Positions 1-13,430 of a DNA stretch of 64,000 bases are shown in pieces. Source of the DNA: Octopus vulgaris (Eukaryota). Below the pieces are notes generated by a model that was not told the origin of the DNA, ran no database searches, and saw nothing but the letters and a program-made list of their open reading frames with translations. Made by a program: the position numbers and the translations under genes. The stretch's first letter is position 1. Each line of letters starts with the position of its first letter. Where the stretch lies: positions 44,764,001 to 44,828,000 of the forward strand of contig OX597820.1 in the NCBI GenBank assembly GCA_951406725.2, read 5' to 3'.

Positions 1-192
1 CATTGCTCGAGATAACCTCACTTTAAACATCATTCCACCTTCTGAACAGGACCAAGACGAGAGTACTGTAGAGGACAGTGAAGACACATGGCTTCTGCTA
101 GACTGTTTCTTTGGCATTCCACTATTTGAGTCTAAGCTCAACAAAGAGGTTTGCCAGAGAGTTGCATCTGGGAAACTATGTACCAATGAAAG
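1..192 (+). CDS. FAM91A1: FAM91A1 homolog, internal coding exon (5' end outside window)
   Basis: Frame from nt 2 reads ...EDTWLLLDCFFGIPLFESKLNKEVCQRVASGKLCTNE, matching the recalled FAM91A1 C-terminal motif W..L.LCFGIPLF...LN..VC..IA...LC; ends at a phase-2 AG|GTTAGT donor. Confidence 0.9.
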
Positions 193-1204
193 GTTAGTAA
201 TATTTTGTATATTAGTGGGAGGGGTTATACAGTTTTATGTATGTGCACATGGTAACTAGGGTTTCATATCGAGGTAACTGCAGTTGTCAATAGACAATCG
301 CAGCTGCTTCAGTAGGAGCCTCTTCATGGTTACTCAGCCTGCTAGAAATGGCAGTAAAATCTCGCTTAAATCATACCACAGTGTTTTTTTTTTTTTAAAC
401 AAACCCATCATATTAGTCAATACAGTCTTAAATAGATTATGTCTGGTGGGTGAGTTAAGTCTGGAGTATCTTTGATTAAAGGTCTGCCAGATGATAGCTG
501 ATCTCAAGTTAATCAACAATACAAACATGTAATAGGTTTGTTCTGTAAGAGCTGACCTAGGACCACAGAACAACAAAAAGAACTGCAACACACACACACA
601 CACACACACACACATACGGTTGTGTGACTAAGAAGTTGACTTTGCAGCCACATGATTTTGGGTTCAATACTAGTGCATGACGCTTTGGGTGAGTGTCTTC
701 TGTATCCTCAGGTTGACCAGTCTCAGAAACTATTGTGATGAAATTTGGTAGATAGAAATTATATGAAAGTTCATTACGTTTGTGTGTGTGCATTTATCTC
801 TGTCTTTACAATGACATCACTGAAGCAATGGTGATGTTATGTTCTGCATAAAGAAAATGTCTGGCAGCTTGGTGGGTCATGTGTGAAGAGGTACAGTAAA
901 ATTCTGGACTTGAAAACAAGAGTTGGTGTCCAGAAAGGCATCTAGCCATAGAATACTGCCTTAAGAAGACCCATCCAATTTCTGCCAGCATGAAAAAAGT
1001 TAGCATAAAAATGATGATGGTGATGATGGTGTCACTGCCAATGACAACAACGTGGTCATGCATGTATAAAATCTTACATTAATTTTTGTATGAAATAAAG
1101 GAAATTTATCTGCAAACATTTATAAGTATGTCTACATTCATCACTATTGTCATCATCAACAACACTACATTATATAGTATTTTGTATATCTTAATGTGTA
1201 TATA

Positions 1205-1527
1205 CGAGGGTGAATCAAAAAGTAATGCCATTTTGTTAAAACAGGTATAATTACCAACACAGGAACATGTATCATACATCAAAATGAAGCTGGTCCTCTG
1301 TGGATCACATCCCTACTTCTCAACATAGTCACTGTTTCTCTCAATAGCAACGTTCCACCTTCGAATGAGAGCATGTATCCCTGCCCTGTAAAATTCTGTT
1401 GACTGTTCTTTGAGCCACTTCTTCACTACAGTTTTCACTTCCTCGTCACTGGAATAATGTCTGCCTCTCAAACTCTCTTTCGTGGCACCGAAGAGATGAT
1501 AGTCTGAAGGCGCTAAATCTGGTAAGT
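1205..1527 (-). mobile_element. mariner transposon 3' remnant
   Basis: TA followed by CGAGGG terminus; minus strand encodes PDLAPSDYHLFGATKESLRGR, the mariner YSPDLAPSD motif. Confidence 0.85.
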
Positions 1528-2589
1528 GTGGAGGTAGTGAAGAAGTGGTTCAAACAACAGTCAACAGAATTGGAGGAGGTAATGATGAAAAGATTATAGT
1601 GAGACAGATACAAGAGGAAGAGGAAGTACAAGGTTACCCAGCTGGAGAAAGAAAGATTAGGAATGAAGATAGAAACAGGTGTGCTACCGCAAAGAAAATA
1701 CATGGTTGCCCAGCCTGAGACGAGTGCAGGAGAAGGACAGAGAGAGAGAGAGAGAGACTGCAGGAGGGAGATGGTGGTAAAATGCCAGGCATGCTCACAC
1801 GGAACGGGGATCAGAGTATAAATAAGATAGTTGAGTAAAGGAAGAGAGAGATACAGATAGTGGCAAGTGCCAGGGCATACCCTTGAGGTTCAAATGCCAT
1901 AATATAAGTGAGAGGATATTGCAAAGGGAGTGTGAGTAAGTGGCGAAAGACTGCTTGCTATTTTCAAAACCAGTGATTTGTTAATTACTGTTTTTTCTTT
2001 ATCAGTAGAAGCTTGCAGTTGATAGTGGATACTTCCTACTGAAAATGTGCAAAGACACAGATATCATGACTTAGCAATTCCACCACCACTGCTGTATATT
2101 TTAGCACTATATGTCCATACTAGAATTCTATAATCTTCATCTATATCTCTCGTACAGTAATAACTGGTGTAGTAAGTAGTATTAATGTTCCCCTTGCATT
2201 TCCTCTATTGGTATTGTTGCTTCCACCAAGCCTTATCTGGTCATCAAATAATATTCTGTGAGCCTTTGCCTGTATCTATAATTGGCTGACATCAGTGTAG
2301 TAACTGCTACATGGGAATGTAAGTGATCCAGGAATTATGCAAAGTCTCCTATTTTTAGCTATAAGACTCTTTGTGAGATGAGGAAAGTGTCAAAAGTTCC
2401 TTCTGGCTACAAGAAAGTGATGATATTCAAGCCTCTTTTCCCATTTGCCATTCTCATCACTAGAGAGTATGAGTAGCTGTTTTGAAAGTGTATTGGGTGA
2501 CTGACAACATACTAGCAATATTGTAAACTTGACAACTATATTAACTCATAGTACTGAATTTAACCTCTACGGTGCTACTGGAAAAGGTT

Positions 2590-2792
2590 ATTGTGCTTTC
2601 TGGCATACAAGTTGTATTTTTCTGACCAAATTTTACAGCCAAAGAAGGTAGGTCAACATATACAAGATGACTTTGGAGGACCAAAATTCCATGTGAAATG
2701 CAGCAGGATTTGGAAGGATAGTGACGATGTTTGAACATTTACTCTACATGTTTACACTATATACTACAACTTGTATGCTGGAAAATACGATA
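2590..2792. mobile_element. pogo/Tigger-like MITE (second copy ~39643-39832)
   Basis: Inverted termini TTTCTGGCATACAAG ... CTTGTATGCTGGAAAATACGATA; two similar copies in the window. Confidence 0.6.
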
Positions 2793-2966
2793 TTAGGATA
2801 TCAGTGTTTGTGTATTTTGCCTCTTAAATCATTATATGATGTTCATATTGTAACAATAATAATAAAATCACCCTCACTACTGCAACTAATACAACCATCA
2901 TTATAATCATTGGCTACTATTTTAATCAGCTCTACTATATATATATGTATCTGGTTTGTTTTCCAG

Positions 2967-3036
2967 TTTAGAGCAACTGCTTCACTCAAGTAGGAAACTT
3001 TCTCTACGTCTATTAACATTCATATCCCATTATCAG
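2967..3036 (+). CDS. FAM91A1: FAM91A1 homolog, penultimate coding exon
   Basis: TTTTCCAG acceptor and CAG|GTAAAG donor; phase-compatible with the previous exon; encodes (S)LEQLLHSSRKLSLRLLTFISHYQ, matching FAM91A1 SLQNLLHSSRKLSL. Confidence 0.92.
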
Positions 3037-3129
3037 GTAAAGTATTCCTTTTTCAGAAATACCTAAACTTTTCTTTAATGATCTCCCTTGTTTTGTTTCT
3101 TTGGGTTGGGAGCATTAGCAAAATTTAAT

Positions 3130-5490
3130 TAGAGTAAAACAAGTTGTGACTCTTTACAGTAAGTTTAATTCCTGCTGAGGTCAACACTGCCTTTCATCCT
3201 TTCAAAGTCAATACAATAAAGTACCAATCAAGGACTGCTCGTTATAATTAACTAACTCCTACCCACCAAAATTTAGGTTTGTACCTGTGTAAGAAACAAT
3301 TATCAAGTGGGTTGGTGGGTGGGTAGATTGGCAGAATTGTAAGAGTTTCAAGCAAAATTACCTTGTATTTCTTTTGGTCCCTTACATTATGAGTTTAAAT
3401 CCTACTGAAGTTAATGTTGCCTTTCTTCTTTCTGAAGTCGATAAACGAAAGTATCTGTCTAATACTGGAATCAATGGTTTTGACTGCTTCTCCTCAAAAA
3501 TTGCTGTCCTTGTGCGTAAAACAGAAACAGTTATTATTAAATATCAGTCATGTACTGGGATCAATTTAACCAATAAACACCCTCCCTGACCAAAAGGAAA
3601 TCATTTTTAATGCTATTGACTTCATGTTTATTTTACTATCTTGACAGCATTTCTCCTCTTTACAAGCATATTGCACATGGTGCACATAATCACTGAATGT
3701 GAAAATTTCTGTGATCACTTTGGTCAAACAAGGCAACTGGTTCCAAGGATGTTCCTTTCTTCATCATACTATACTCCCAAACTCACTTCTATCTTCACCA
3801 AACTCTTCAGGCTTTTCTGCTGATTCCACATCCACATATATAAATGTGTGGTATGCAGCCTCTCTGACTCTGCTAAATTCTGTTTTATTACCCTCATTTT
3901 CTCACAATCTTCTGTGAAATTATATCTTGCCATTGAGTAATTTGTTGCTCAAAGGATTGAAGGAGATATTACCTTCTTTGAAAACAGATAAGGGTTGGTA
4001 ATAGGAAGATCATCCAGCTGTAGAGAAACTGGTCTCAAGTTTCATTCCACTTATACAAGCCTGAAGAGGTGGACATTAAAATGATGATGATGATGATGAC
4101 GACAATCTCTGAGCTTCTTCTCTTACTCTGTGACCAAAACTTTATGACTAATGATTTCTCAGATAACACTGTACTGTCTTAAATTTGGAAATGACATTAT
4201 AGATTATGTGTCATTTCCATGTTTAAAAAGACAAGATGGTGATGATGGCCGAAAAGCTTATAATCAATAAATCTGTTTGATTAGAGGTAACCTAGGGCTG
4301 AACAACATCAATAACAGCTGTGACCATATTGCATTCATTTATTTTCTATATTTTACTTCAACCATCAAGCTACAGAAATTGAAGCAACAACAACCTCACC
4401 AGTGTAAAATGACATGTCCTTTATCCATAGATCAGATGATGATATTTCCAAATATTGACATAAGGCCCTAAATTTGTGGGCAAGGATATATATAGCCAGT
4501 TAAATCAATCCACCACTTGATTTTTTTTTTCACTTTATTAATTTCAGAAGAATGATATATAAAGTTGACTTTGTTCGAATTTAAACTCAGTACATAGAGA
4601 CCTAACTAAATATGACAAGATATTTTGTGCAATGCTCTAATGATTCTGCTGATCCTAATTAACAATTCTTTCTGCTAAAGACACAAAGCTTGAAATTTTG
4701 AGGGAGGGGACTAATCATTTACATTGACCCCAGTGCTCAACTGGTACTTACTTCATTGAACCTGAAAAGATGAAAGGCAAAGTTGACCTTGGTAGAATTT
4801 GAACTCCAAACACAACACCAGATGAAATGCTGCAAAGCATGTTTTTCTGGTGTGCTAATGATTCTGCCAGCTCACTGCCTTCCAGTCTTATTAATAATCC
4901 TTTCTATCATAGGCACAAAGCTTGGAGTTTTGGGAGAGGGGGCTAAGTCAATTACATTGGTTCCCAAAAGGACGGACGGCAAAGTTATCCTCAGCAGAAT
5001 TTGAACTCAGGACATAAATCCAGAAGAAATGCTGCAAAACATTTTGTCTGACATGCTAATGATTTTGCCAGCTAACTGCCTTCTGATCCTAATTAGTAGT
5101 AATTGTTTCTAGCATAGACACAAGATCTAAAATTGTCTGGTACATTATTTTATTGTCCTCAGAACAATGAATGGTAAAGTTAACACCCTGGTGGGATTTG
5201 GACTCAACTTATAGATCAAGAACAGATATTGCAAGGGATTTTGTCTGATACTCTGATTCTGCCAACACCACCCTTAATAATTGTCTCTAATTAGGCACTA
5301 GGCCAGCAATTTTTGAGAGGGGGCAGATTCATTTGTCAACACCCTCGACTCCACTACTTGTTCTGGCACTCTATTTTATCGACCATAGTAGCGTGTAAAG
5401 CACAGTTGACCTTGGAAAGATTTGAACTTGAAATGTACTGAGCCAGAACAAATACTGCAAGGCCTGATGCTCTAATGATTTTTTCTAATT
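3130..5490. repeat. cluster of decayed tRNA-derived SINEs (family A) in the last FAM91A1 intron
   Basis: Repeated GAGTTCAAATTC...GGTCAACTTTGCCTTTCATCC...AAGTACCAG units; + copies at ~3130-3540, a run of - copies at ~4440-5490. Confidence 0.8.
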
Positions 5491-5643
5491 CTAATAATAA
5501 CGATCATACTAATTATGTTCAATCATAAATTAAATAATTGTTGTTAATTAGTCACAATTTACTTTTATATTTAACTCAAACAGATGTTTTTTTTTTTTTT
5601 CTTTTGTGTTTTATTAAAATTCTCTTATTGTAACATGTTGCAG

Positions 5644-5766
5644 GGTAAAAATGGAAGCCAGGATTTAAATGGTTCCACACCAGAAACTGAGTACAAAATA
5701 TGTTCAGCACCACGACAGAACCTGGTATTCTCTCAGGGACGCTTAGAAAAGTGGGATGGACGCTGA
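5644..5766 (+). CDS. FAM91A1: FAM91A1 homolog, last coding exon
   Basis: TTGCAG acceptor, phase 0; GKNGSQDLNGSTPETEYKICSAPRQNLVFSQGRLEKWDGR-stop resembles the FAM91A1 end (P.KNLIF.DG.L.EW.GR). Confidence 0.88.
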   Translation, partial: GKNGSQDLNGSTPETEYKICSAPRQNLVFSQGRLEKWDGR

Positions 5767-5833
5767 ATTTAACATGTTGATGATTTATGAGGAGGATTAT
5801 TATTATTATATATTTTTCTTTCTGTTATTAGAA

Positions 5834-5839
5834 AATAAA
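5834..5839 (+). promoter_or_regulatory. possible polyadenylation signal of FAM91A1
   Basis: AATAAA ~70 nt after the stop with a T-rich tract downstream; the motif is common in AT-rich DNA. Confidence 0.3.
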
Positions 5840-7679
5840 ATGAAAAAAGTTCTACAAATAATCCATTTTTTGGAAATGTTTCTTGTTTTTCTCTGTTACA
5901 CATTTCTGTATTTAGCTTTTTGGTCTTTTGTTATGCTTGTCTACCAAATTCTTGTGTACATGTGCATATAAAAATTTGAAGAGTGTTAAGACAAGGATTT
6001 TTTTAATGTATTATGAGCTAAAAACTTAAGAAGCAGAATGTGATGTAGTGACATTCATTCACTTCATAAGATAAGTGTGAAGTGATTGAGTCTGCCCATC
6101 TAAGGAGAGAAGGAACTGATACTTTATGGTATCCAGGTGAAGCATCGGTATTCCAAGGTCAACTTTAGCTCTTGGCCCCCTTTGTAACATAGGTCAATAA
6201 CAGATGCACTCCTGAGGTTTTCTCTGTGGGCTTCAGACCTTTCTAGAAATTTCTCAAATTTAAAGTAGTTGTGGGCCATTGAGCAGGTGATGGCTTTTAC
6301 CAAACTTTTTGCATAATTTTTTATTTAATATTTGCTTATATAAGCATTGTCAGTGACAGAAATGATGGTGGATATATACAGGGATATTTCTGTATGTAAG
6401 ATGATATAATATATTTGTGGACCATGGGAAAATGTGGAAAAATTTATATGAAGATGCTGATCTTTGCTGTACAATCAATAACTACTAGTAATTATCATCA
6501 TTTAACATCAACTTTTCCATTTTTGCATGGGTCAGATGGAATTTGTTGAGGTAAATTTTGTACAACTGGGTGCCCTTCCTGTTGCCAAACCTCCCTTGTT
6601 TCCAAGCAAGGTAGATGTTTCCTCATGACCAGACATGTTTCATGGAAGACTGGAGATGAACAGCCTCACTTGTATGACAATGCTACACACTTACCACCAT
6701 CTCATGATGTCTAGATATATACCAGAGGGAGAGAGGGAACAGAATTTGACATTTCCTCCACAGTAGAAGTGTTAATACTGTCCACACTGATGAAGAGGAT
6801 TGTCCTGCAAGAGCCCTGCACTGGTGCCATGTAAAAAGCACTTGTGCTGGTGTCATGTTAAAAGCTCCCAACACACACTGCAAAGTGGTTGGCATTAGGA
6901 AGGGCATCCAGTCACAGAAATCAAGCCAAGTCAGACTGGAACCTGGTGCGACTCACCTGCTTGCCAGCTCTGGTAAAACTGTCCAACCCATGCCAGCTTG
7001 GAAAACAGACATTAAAGGATGATGATAATATATATTTGTTTATACATGACTGGCTTCCAATTTCCGTCTACCAAATCCATTCACAAGGCTTTGGTCAGCC
7101 CTTGACTATAGTAGAAGACACTTGCCCAAAGTGTCACACAGTGTGCTAAACCTGGAACCATGTGGTTGGTATACCTGTGCCTTACAGTTACTGCTATTAA
7201 AATACCTGTTCCTGCAGGAATATTACTTCACTGGAAAATTTGAATTAAACATTTAAAAAATTTTTTAATGATTTAGTTAGAGAAAGCAAGCAACTATGAA
7301 CCTTTTCCTAGTTCTCCATGATTAATGGAAGGAGTGGAAGAAAGTATCTTCAGGCAAGAGATCTAGTCTGAATGCTTGCAATGGAATGAAATCTGTTAGA
7401 GGCACTCAAGGACTAAGTAGTGGCCTTAAAGGGATTAGGTTTGTTGCCTAAGAACAGGAACAATCTTCCTGATGAGCATCTTTACAGCTTCTGTCTATTA
7501 AAATGCACTTACAGAGCTTTGATCAATCTGAGACCATGGTAGGATATTTGATATTTGTCCAAGGTGCCTGCATTGGGATTGAACCTGAAACCACATAGTT
7601 GAGAAGCGAACTTCTAAACCACACAGCCATGCTTGTACCCATGACTCTGCCTTACAACAACACAATTGTGAATTATGCA

Positions 7680-8090
7680 AGGATGGCTGTGTGGGTAAGA
7701 AGTCTGCTTCTGAACCATGTAGTTTTAGGTTCAGTTACATTGTGTGATACCTTCGCAAATGTCTTCTTTCATAGCCCCAGGTTGACTGAGGCCTTGTGAG
7801 TGGTTATGGAAGAGAGAGAAACTGAAAGAAGCTTGTCAAGTAGTGTATAGATATGTATGCATAGGTGTATGTGTTTGTATCTCCTTGCTTTGACTTCAGG
7901 TAATTGATGTAAATGAATGACACTGCGATACAAGCAGTGTCATTCATTTCCAATCTTCTGTGGAAACCTGTCAGGCCATGAGTGACATTTGACAAGAAGG
8001 ACTTCCAGCCATAGAAAATCTGCCTCAACAAATTCTATCTGACCCATGCAAGCATGGAAAAATAGATGTTAAAACGATGATGATGATGAC
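7680..8090 (+). mobile_element. tRNA-headed SINE with RTE-LINE-like 3' tail ending in (GAT)n
   Basis: Head GGCTGTGTGGGTAAGAAG...GGTTCAG; tail CCCATGCAAGCATGGAAAA...GTTAAAACGATGATGATG shared with the LINE at 11460-12470. Confidence 0.7.
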
Positions 8091-8257
8091 TTCGCTAGCA
8101 AATAATCTATCTACAATACCAATGCAGATCATCAGTTTTTCCCGATTCCAGCCATAGAAACATGCCAAAGCAAACAAATAGAATTTGGAGCAGTCCTCTG
8201 GTTCATTGCTTCCTCTTCAAACTATACAACCCATGCCAGTATGAAAACAAATATTAA

Positions 8258-8479
8258 CCCTTTTGTTACCATATTTCTGTTGAAATGTTCTGTGTTTCTT
8301 TCAATTAATTTTAACTATAACAAAGAATCTAGTAAAATAACTTAGTTATCGTTAAGCTAGTGTTAGGAACATAAATTGTGACTAAGGTTTAGTGGAAGAT
8401 TTTAATTCAGAACATTTCAAAACAAGACATTTGTACTACAGAGCCAGAGGCGGTTTCAGTCGGGTTGGTATCAAAAGGG
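8258..8479. mobile_element. piggyBac-type MITE (related copies 34416-34635, ~25046-25278)
   Basis: TTAA flanks on both sides; CCCTTTTG...CAAAAGGG terminal inverted repeats. Confidence 0.85.
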
Positions 8480-9119
8480 TTAAACAATGATGATGATGAT
8501 GATGATTATCAGAGGTATGCACTTTTAGCATTAAGGTCTTGAAATAGATTTCTAAGCAAAACATTTTATTCTACATAGTTTCAGTTCATTTATCTGTTGG
8601 GCTTGGGACAAATCATCTAAGAATATTGTTTGAAGTTTACTAATCTTGAGCTAACCATTGATCCTTAGGATTATAACGTATTTAGATCTTAAGATGCGTG
8701 GTCCTTCGCTATGTAAAACAGTGGGGTGTTTGAGTTGAGTAGGGCTGATTTGACTGCTTTATTGAGTTGGTTGAATGTTGTATAGAAAACTTCACTGAGG
8801 ATTATCTTTTTTACTTGTTTCTGTCATTGGATTGTGGCCATGCTAGGGGCACCATCCTGAAGAATTTTTGTAAAATGAATTGACCCCAGGACTTACGTTG
8901 TTTTAAGCCTGGAACTGCTAAGTTACAGAGATGTAAACACACCAAGATTGATTGTCAAGCAGTAGTTGGGAGACACACACACACATACAACAGGCTTCTT
9001 TCAGTTTCCGTTTACCAAATTCACTCATAAGATTTTGTTGATCTGAGGCTATAGTAGAAGGTGCTACACAATAGAATTGAACTTGGAACCATGTGGCTGA
9101 GAAGCAAACTTCTCATTTG

Positions 9120-9490
9120 CTAAACATAGAGGGGACAGACAAAGGGATTAAGTCGATTACATCGACATCAGTGCATAACTGGTACTTATTTAATTGACCC
9201 CGAAAGGATGAAAGGCTTAGTTGACCTCGGCGGAATTTGAACTCAGAACATAGCGGCAGACAAAATACCTATTTCTATTTCTTTATTACCCACAAGGGGC
9301 TAAACACAGAGAGGACAAACGGATTAAGTCGATTATATCGACCCTAGTGCGTAACTGGTACTTATTTAATCGACCCCGAAAGGATGAAAGGCTAAGTTCA
9401 CCTTGGCAGAATTTGAACTCAGAATGTAGTGGCAGACGGAATACCGCTAAGCATTTCGCCTGGCGTGCTAACGATTCTGCCAGCTCGCTG
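9120..9490 (-). mobile_element. two tandem family-A tRNA-derived SINE copies
   Basis: Pol III A-box TGGCAGAATCGTTAG and B-box GTTCAAATTC on the minus strand, with the conserved GCCTTTCATCCTTTCGGGGTC core. Confidence 0.85.
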
Positions 9491-11459
9491 CAAACTTCTT
9501 ACCACACAGCTACACCTGCCTCTATTTTTATCTTTTTTTTTACATAGCAATACCCATAACCCTTTACAGATTGGTGGTAGGAAGGAAGTTATACTCAACT
9601 GGTATTGGTTTGCTTATGTCCCCATAACAGAGCAGTTTAGAAAAAAGAGACTGATAGAATAAGTACCATACTTAAAAATAAATATTGGGATTGATTTGTT
9701 CAATAAAACCTTTTCAAGGAGGTGCCCCAGGATGGTTACAGTCCAATGATTAAAACAAATAACAAATAAAATGACTTGTAACAGAGTAGACTCTTTAAAA
9801 GGCATGCAAATGCTTAATGGCTGTGTATAACCAGGAGATGGATTGTCTACTCAAGAACAGGAAAGCGTCCTCTGATGTGTTTCCACAATGGCATTTCGTC
9901 TGTCTTTGTGTTCTGAGTTTAAGTTCTGTTGAGGTCAACTTTGCCTTTCATCCTTTCAAAGTCAATAAAATAAGTACCAGTTGAGCACTGGGGTTGATGC
10001 AATTGATTTTCTCCCTCCCATGAAATTACTGGCCTTGTGCCAACATTTGAAACCATTTTCTAGAAAGTCAACACTGTATAAAATAAATTGATGGCCACTT
10101 TTTCCATTATTCCTAAATAACCTTGAAAAAATTCAATAATGCATACAATTAGTGTGAACAGATCAATGAGGTGGGGGGAAAAGTATAAATTTAATCTCTT
10201 CATTGATCACTCATCTGTAGGCTTTCAAATTTCTGTTTTGAAAAATTGATGGAGTTGGGAAGCAGAGGACTTTAAACTTAACCACATAATCCTTCTCATA
10301 TGTTTGCTTGAACTTTCTGACTTTGTCATTTGTCTAGTGTTTTAACACCTGTATTTGTGAAAATATGAAACTGAACAGCCAGTAACCCACTTTTCAAACA
10401 CGAGATGCCTGTATCAATCTCTCACTGGCGCGTTTGTGTGTGCATACATAAATACACATTTACATACCTACATGACTAGTGTGGTTTCCCTTTCTCAAAC
10501 ATGACAAGCCCCTCTATCACTTTGTTTGCTCAGATCTCATTACACACAAAGTTCAAGTAGATATTTCCATAAGGAATATAAATAAATACAACCGTTAGTG
10601 ATTCTCTTACCACACACGAATTGTTGCACTTTTATGGTTGTTATTCTTATTTTTCTTTAAAAGAAAACGGTTTGATCTGGAGGGGAAGGCACTTTTCTTT
10701 GGCCTTCACACTCAAATCTAAATTCAGATCAGGTTCAATACAAACAAGTCTGCAAATAAGATATAAATATCTAATAAGAAAGTAGTAACTGCACTAAGGG
10801 AATTGTGGTAGGGATTATAGGGATGTTAAAGTTCACTTCAAAATGTTATTGATTTGCAACTGAAGTAAAAATAGCAAGCTTTCTCTGCCAATGATTTGTC
10901 AATCACATTACTCTCACCACTACCACTTCTTTCAAAATGAACTATGGATGAAAAGCATGGTTGGGTAGTTACGAAAGTGATAACCTTACAACTGCATAGT
11001 TTCAGTTTTAATCTTGCTGCAAGGTCTACCTTAGCCTTGCACTGACCAAGGCCTTGTGGGAAGAATTTCACCTCCATATATAAAGTAACCACCAGTAAAT
11101 ATACTGCAGTTGGTTATATGCAACTGAAGCAATTTTAAATGAAAATAGCTGCCTGTGTAAATACACCATTGAAAGGCAAATTTACTGTGGTTTTTACCTA
11201 GAAATAACATCTCTTACGGATGTGCTGTGTTTAAAAAGCAATACATAACAAATCTTGCCTAAGTAGGTGGCTGGCTGTGAGTACACAACATTGATAAATG
11301 CCCCCAACAAAGATGAAATGTATCTGATGTTCTTGCTAGTCATTGCTAAGGTGATTTTTATCTTCCTCCAATATATATTATTGTGCTTTTGAACACAGCA
11401 CAAACATAAGAACTTGTTAACTCTGGATATGAATACTGCAGAAAATTGCTTATCAAAGG

Positions 11460-12470
11460 TCATCATCATTATCATCATTGTTTAACGTTTGCTTTCCATG
11501 CTGGCATGGGTTGGACAGTTTGACTGAGGACTGACAAGCCAGGAGGCTATACCAGGCTCCAATCTGATCTGGCAAGGTTTCTACAGCTTGATGCCCTTCC
11601 TAACGCCAACCACTCCGAGAGTGTAGTGGGTGATTTTTACGTGCCACCAGCACAGGGGACAGTCAAAGGGCACTGGCATTGACCACACTCAAATAGTGTT
11701 TTTTACGTACCACTGGCATGGGGACCAGTCAGGCGGCACTGGCATTGACCATGCTTGAATGGTGCTTTTTACATGCCACTGGCATGGATGCCAGGCAGGC
11801 AGTACTGGTATTGGCCACGACAACAATTTTACTCGACTCAACAGGTCTTCTCAAGCACAGCATATCATCCAATGAATGAAGAGTATTCTTAAATGGGCCA
11901 GTTACACAATACTGGCATAAGCCACGGCTTCAATCTAATTTGGCTTGCCAGGTCTTCTCAAGCACAGCATATCTCTACAGGTCTCGGTCTGTCATTGCCT
12001 CTGTGAGGCCCAACGTCTGAAGGTCATGCTCCACCACCTCATTCCAGGTCTTCCTGGGTCTACCTCTTCCACAGATTCCCTCCACTGTTAGGGTGTGACA
12101 CTTCTTCACCCAGCTGTCTTCATCCATACATAACATATGACCATACCAGCACAGTCGTCCCTCTTGCACACCACATCTGATGCTTCTTTTATCCAACTTT
12201 TCTCTCAGTGCGCATCCAGTGGAGCATACTAGCTTCATTTCTTTCAAGCCTACACATGTCCTTAGTAGTCACAGCTCATGTGTCACTGCTTTGTAGCATG
12301 GCTGTTCACACACAGGCATCATACAATCTACCTTTCACTCTGAGCGAGAGGCCTTTTGACTAGGAATTTCTCTTGCAGCTGTCTTACCAGAAATATAGCA
12401 TTAGCAGTGCTTCTCCCTGGCACAAAGCCAAACTGCATCTCATCTAAACTAACTCTCTCCCTAATTAAAA
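11460..12470 (-). mobile_element. 5'-truncated, internally deleted RTE-type LINE
   Basis: ORF 11975-12247 contains RL.WYGH...GRGRPRKTW (RT C-terminal region); QFGFVPG RT fragment at ~12400-12440; long 3'UTR ending in (GAT)n. Confidence 0.85.
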
Positions 12471-13064
12471 ATGACATAAAATGACAAATAGATAGTTGTT
12501 GTACATTTAAGTTGTTTTAGTCAACTTTTGTATAATTATTGTTAATGAGGAGATACCATTGTAAAGGAACAAGGATCTCGATATACTAATTCCATTAGTT
12601 CTGCTCCAATTACTCTATTTCACTTGTTAAAACAACTCAAACCGGTATATTTCAACTTCTCATTTCTTTTGAGTGATATAATGTCCTTTAAAGCTGATAA
12701 TACTTGGGATTACTACACTTCACAAGAATACTGCAGCCTCAGGATTTACTCCTTATTCTGTCCTTATCTAACTCCATTAGTTTTGCTTAAATTCCACTAT
12801 TTCACTGGTTATTTACATGTATTTCAACTTCATTTCTTTTGACTCTGATATAATGTCTATCAAAGCTGATAATATTTGGGATTACTACACTTCACAAGAA
12901 TACTATAATCACAGGGATTTAGACTTTATTCTGCACATAAATTACAAACAGCATTAAGAAATTTTATTTCAGGATCCACAACATTAGTATCTTGCTTGAA
13001 GAAGTCTGGAAGATACCAATATCAATTGACTGGACCAAAGTTAGCATATAACTGGTATTTCAAT

Positions 13065-13430
13065 CATCATTATCGTTTAACATCTGCTTTCAATGCTAGC
13101 ATAGGTTGGACGATTTGACTGAGGTTTGGTGAACCAGATGGCTGCACCAGCCTCCAATCTGATCTGGTAGAGTTTCTACAGCTGGATGCCCTTCCTAACG
13201 TCAACCACTCTGTGAGTGTAGCGGATGCTTTTACGTGCCACTGACATGAGGGCCAGTCAGGGGGTACTGGCAACAGCCTCACTCAAATGGTGCTTTTTAT
13301 GGCAACGACCTCGCTCGAATGTTTTTTCACATGCCACCAGCACAGGTGCAAGGCGACACAGTTAACGATCACGCTCGAATGGTGCTTTTTACATGCCACT
13401 GACACAAACGTGCCACCGGCACAGAATGTG
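13065..13430 (-). mobile_element. RTE-LINE 3'UTR-only copy (others ~22990-23250, 36640-36840, 43045-43480, 58545-58730)
   Basis: Same GGTTGGCGTTAGGAAGGGCATCCAGCTGTAGAAAC...CCATGCTAGCATGGAAA...(GAT)n tail as the LINE at 11460-12470. Confidence 0.8.
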
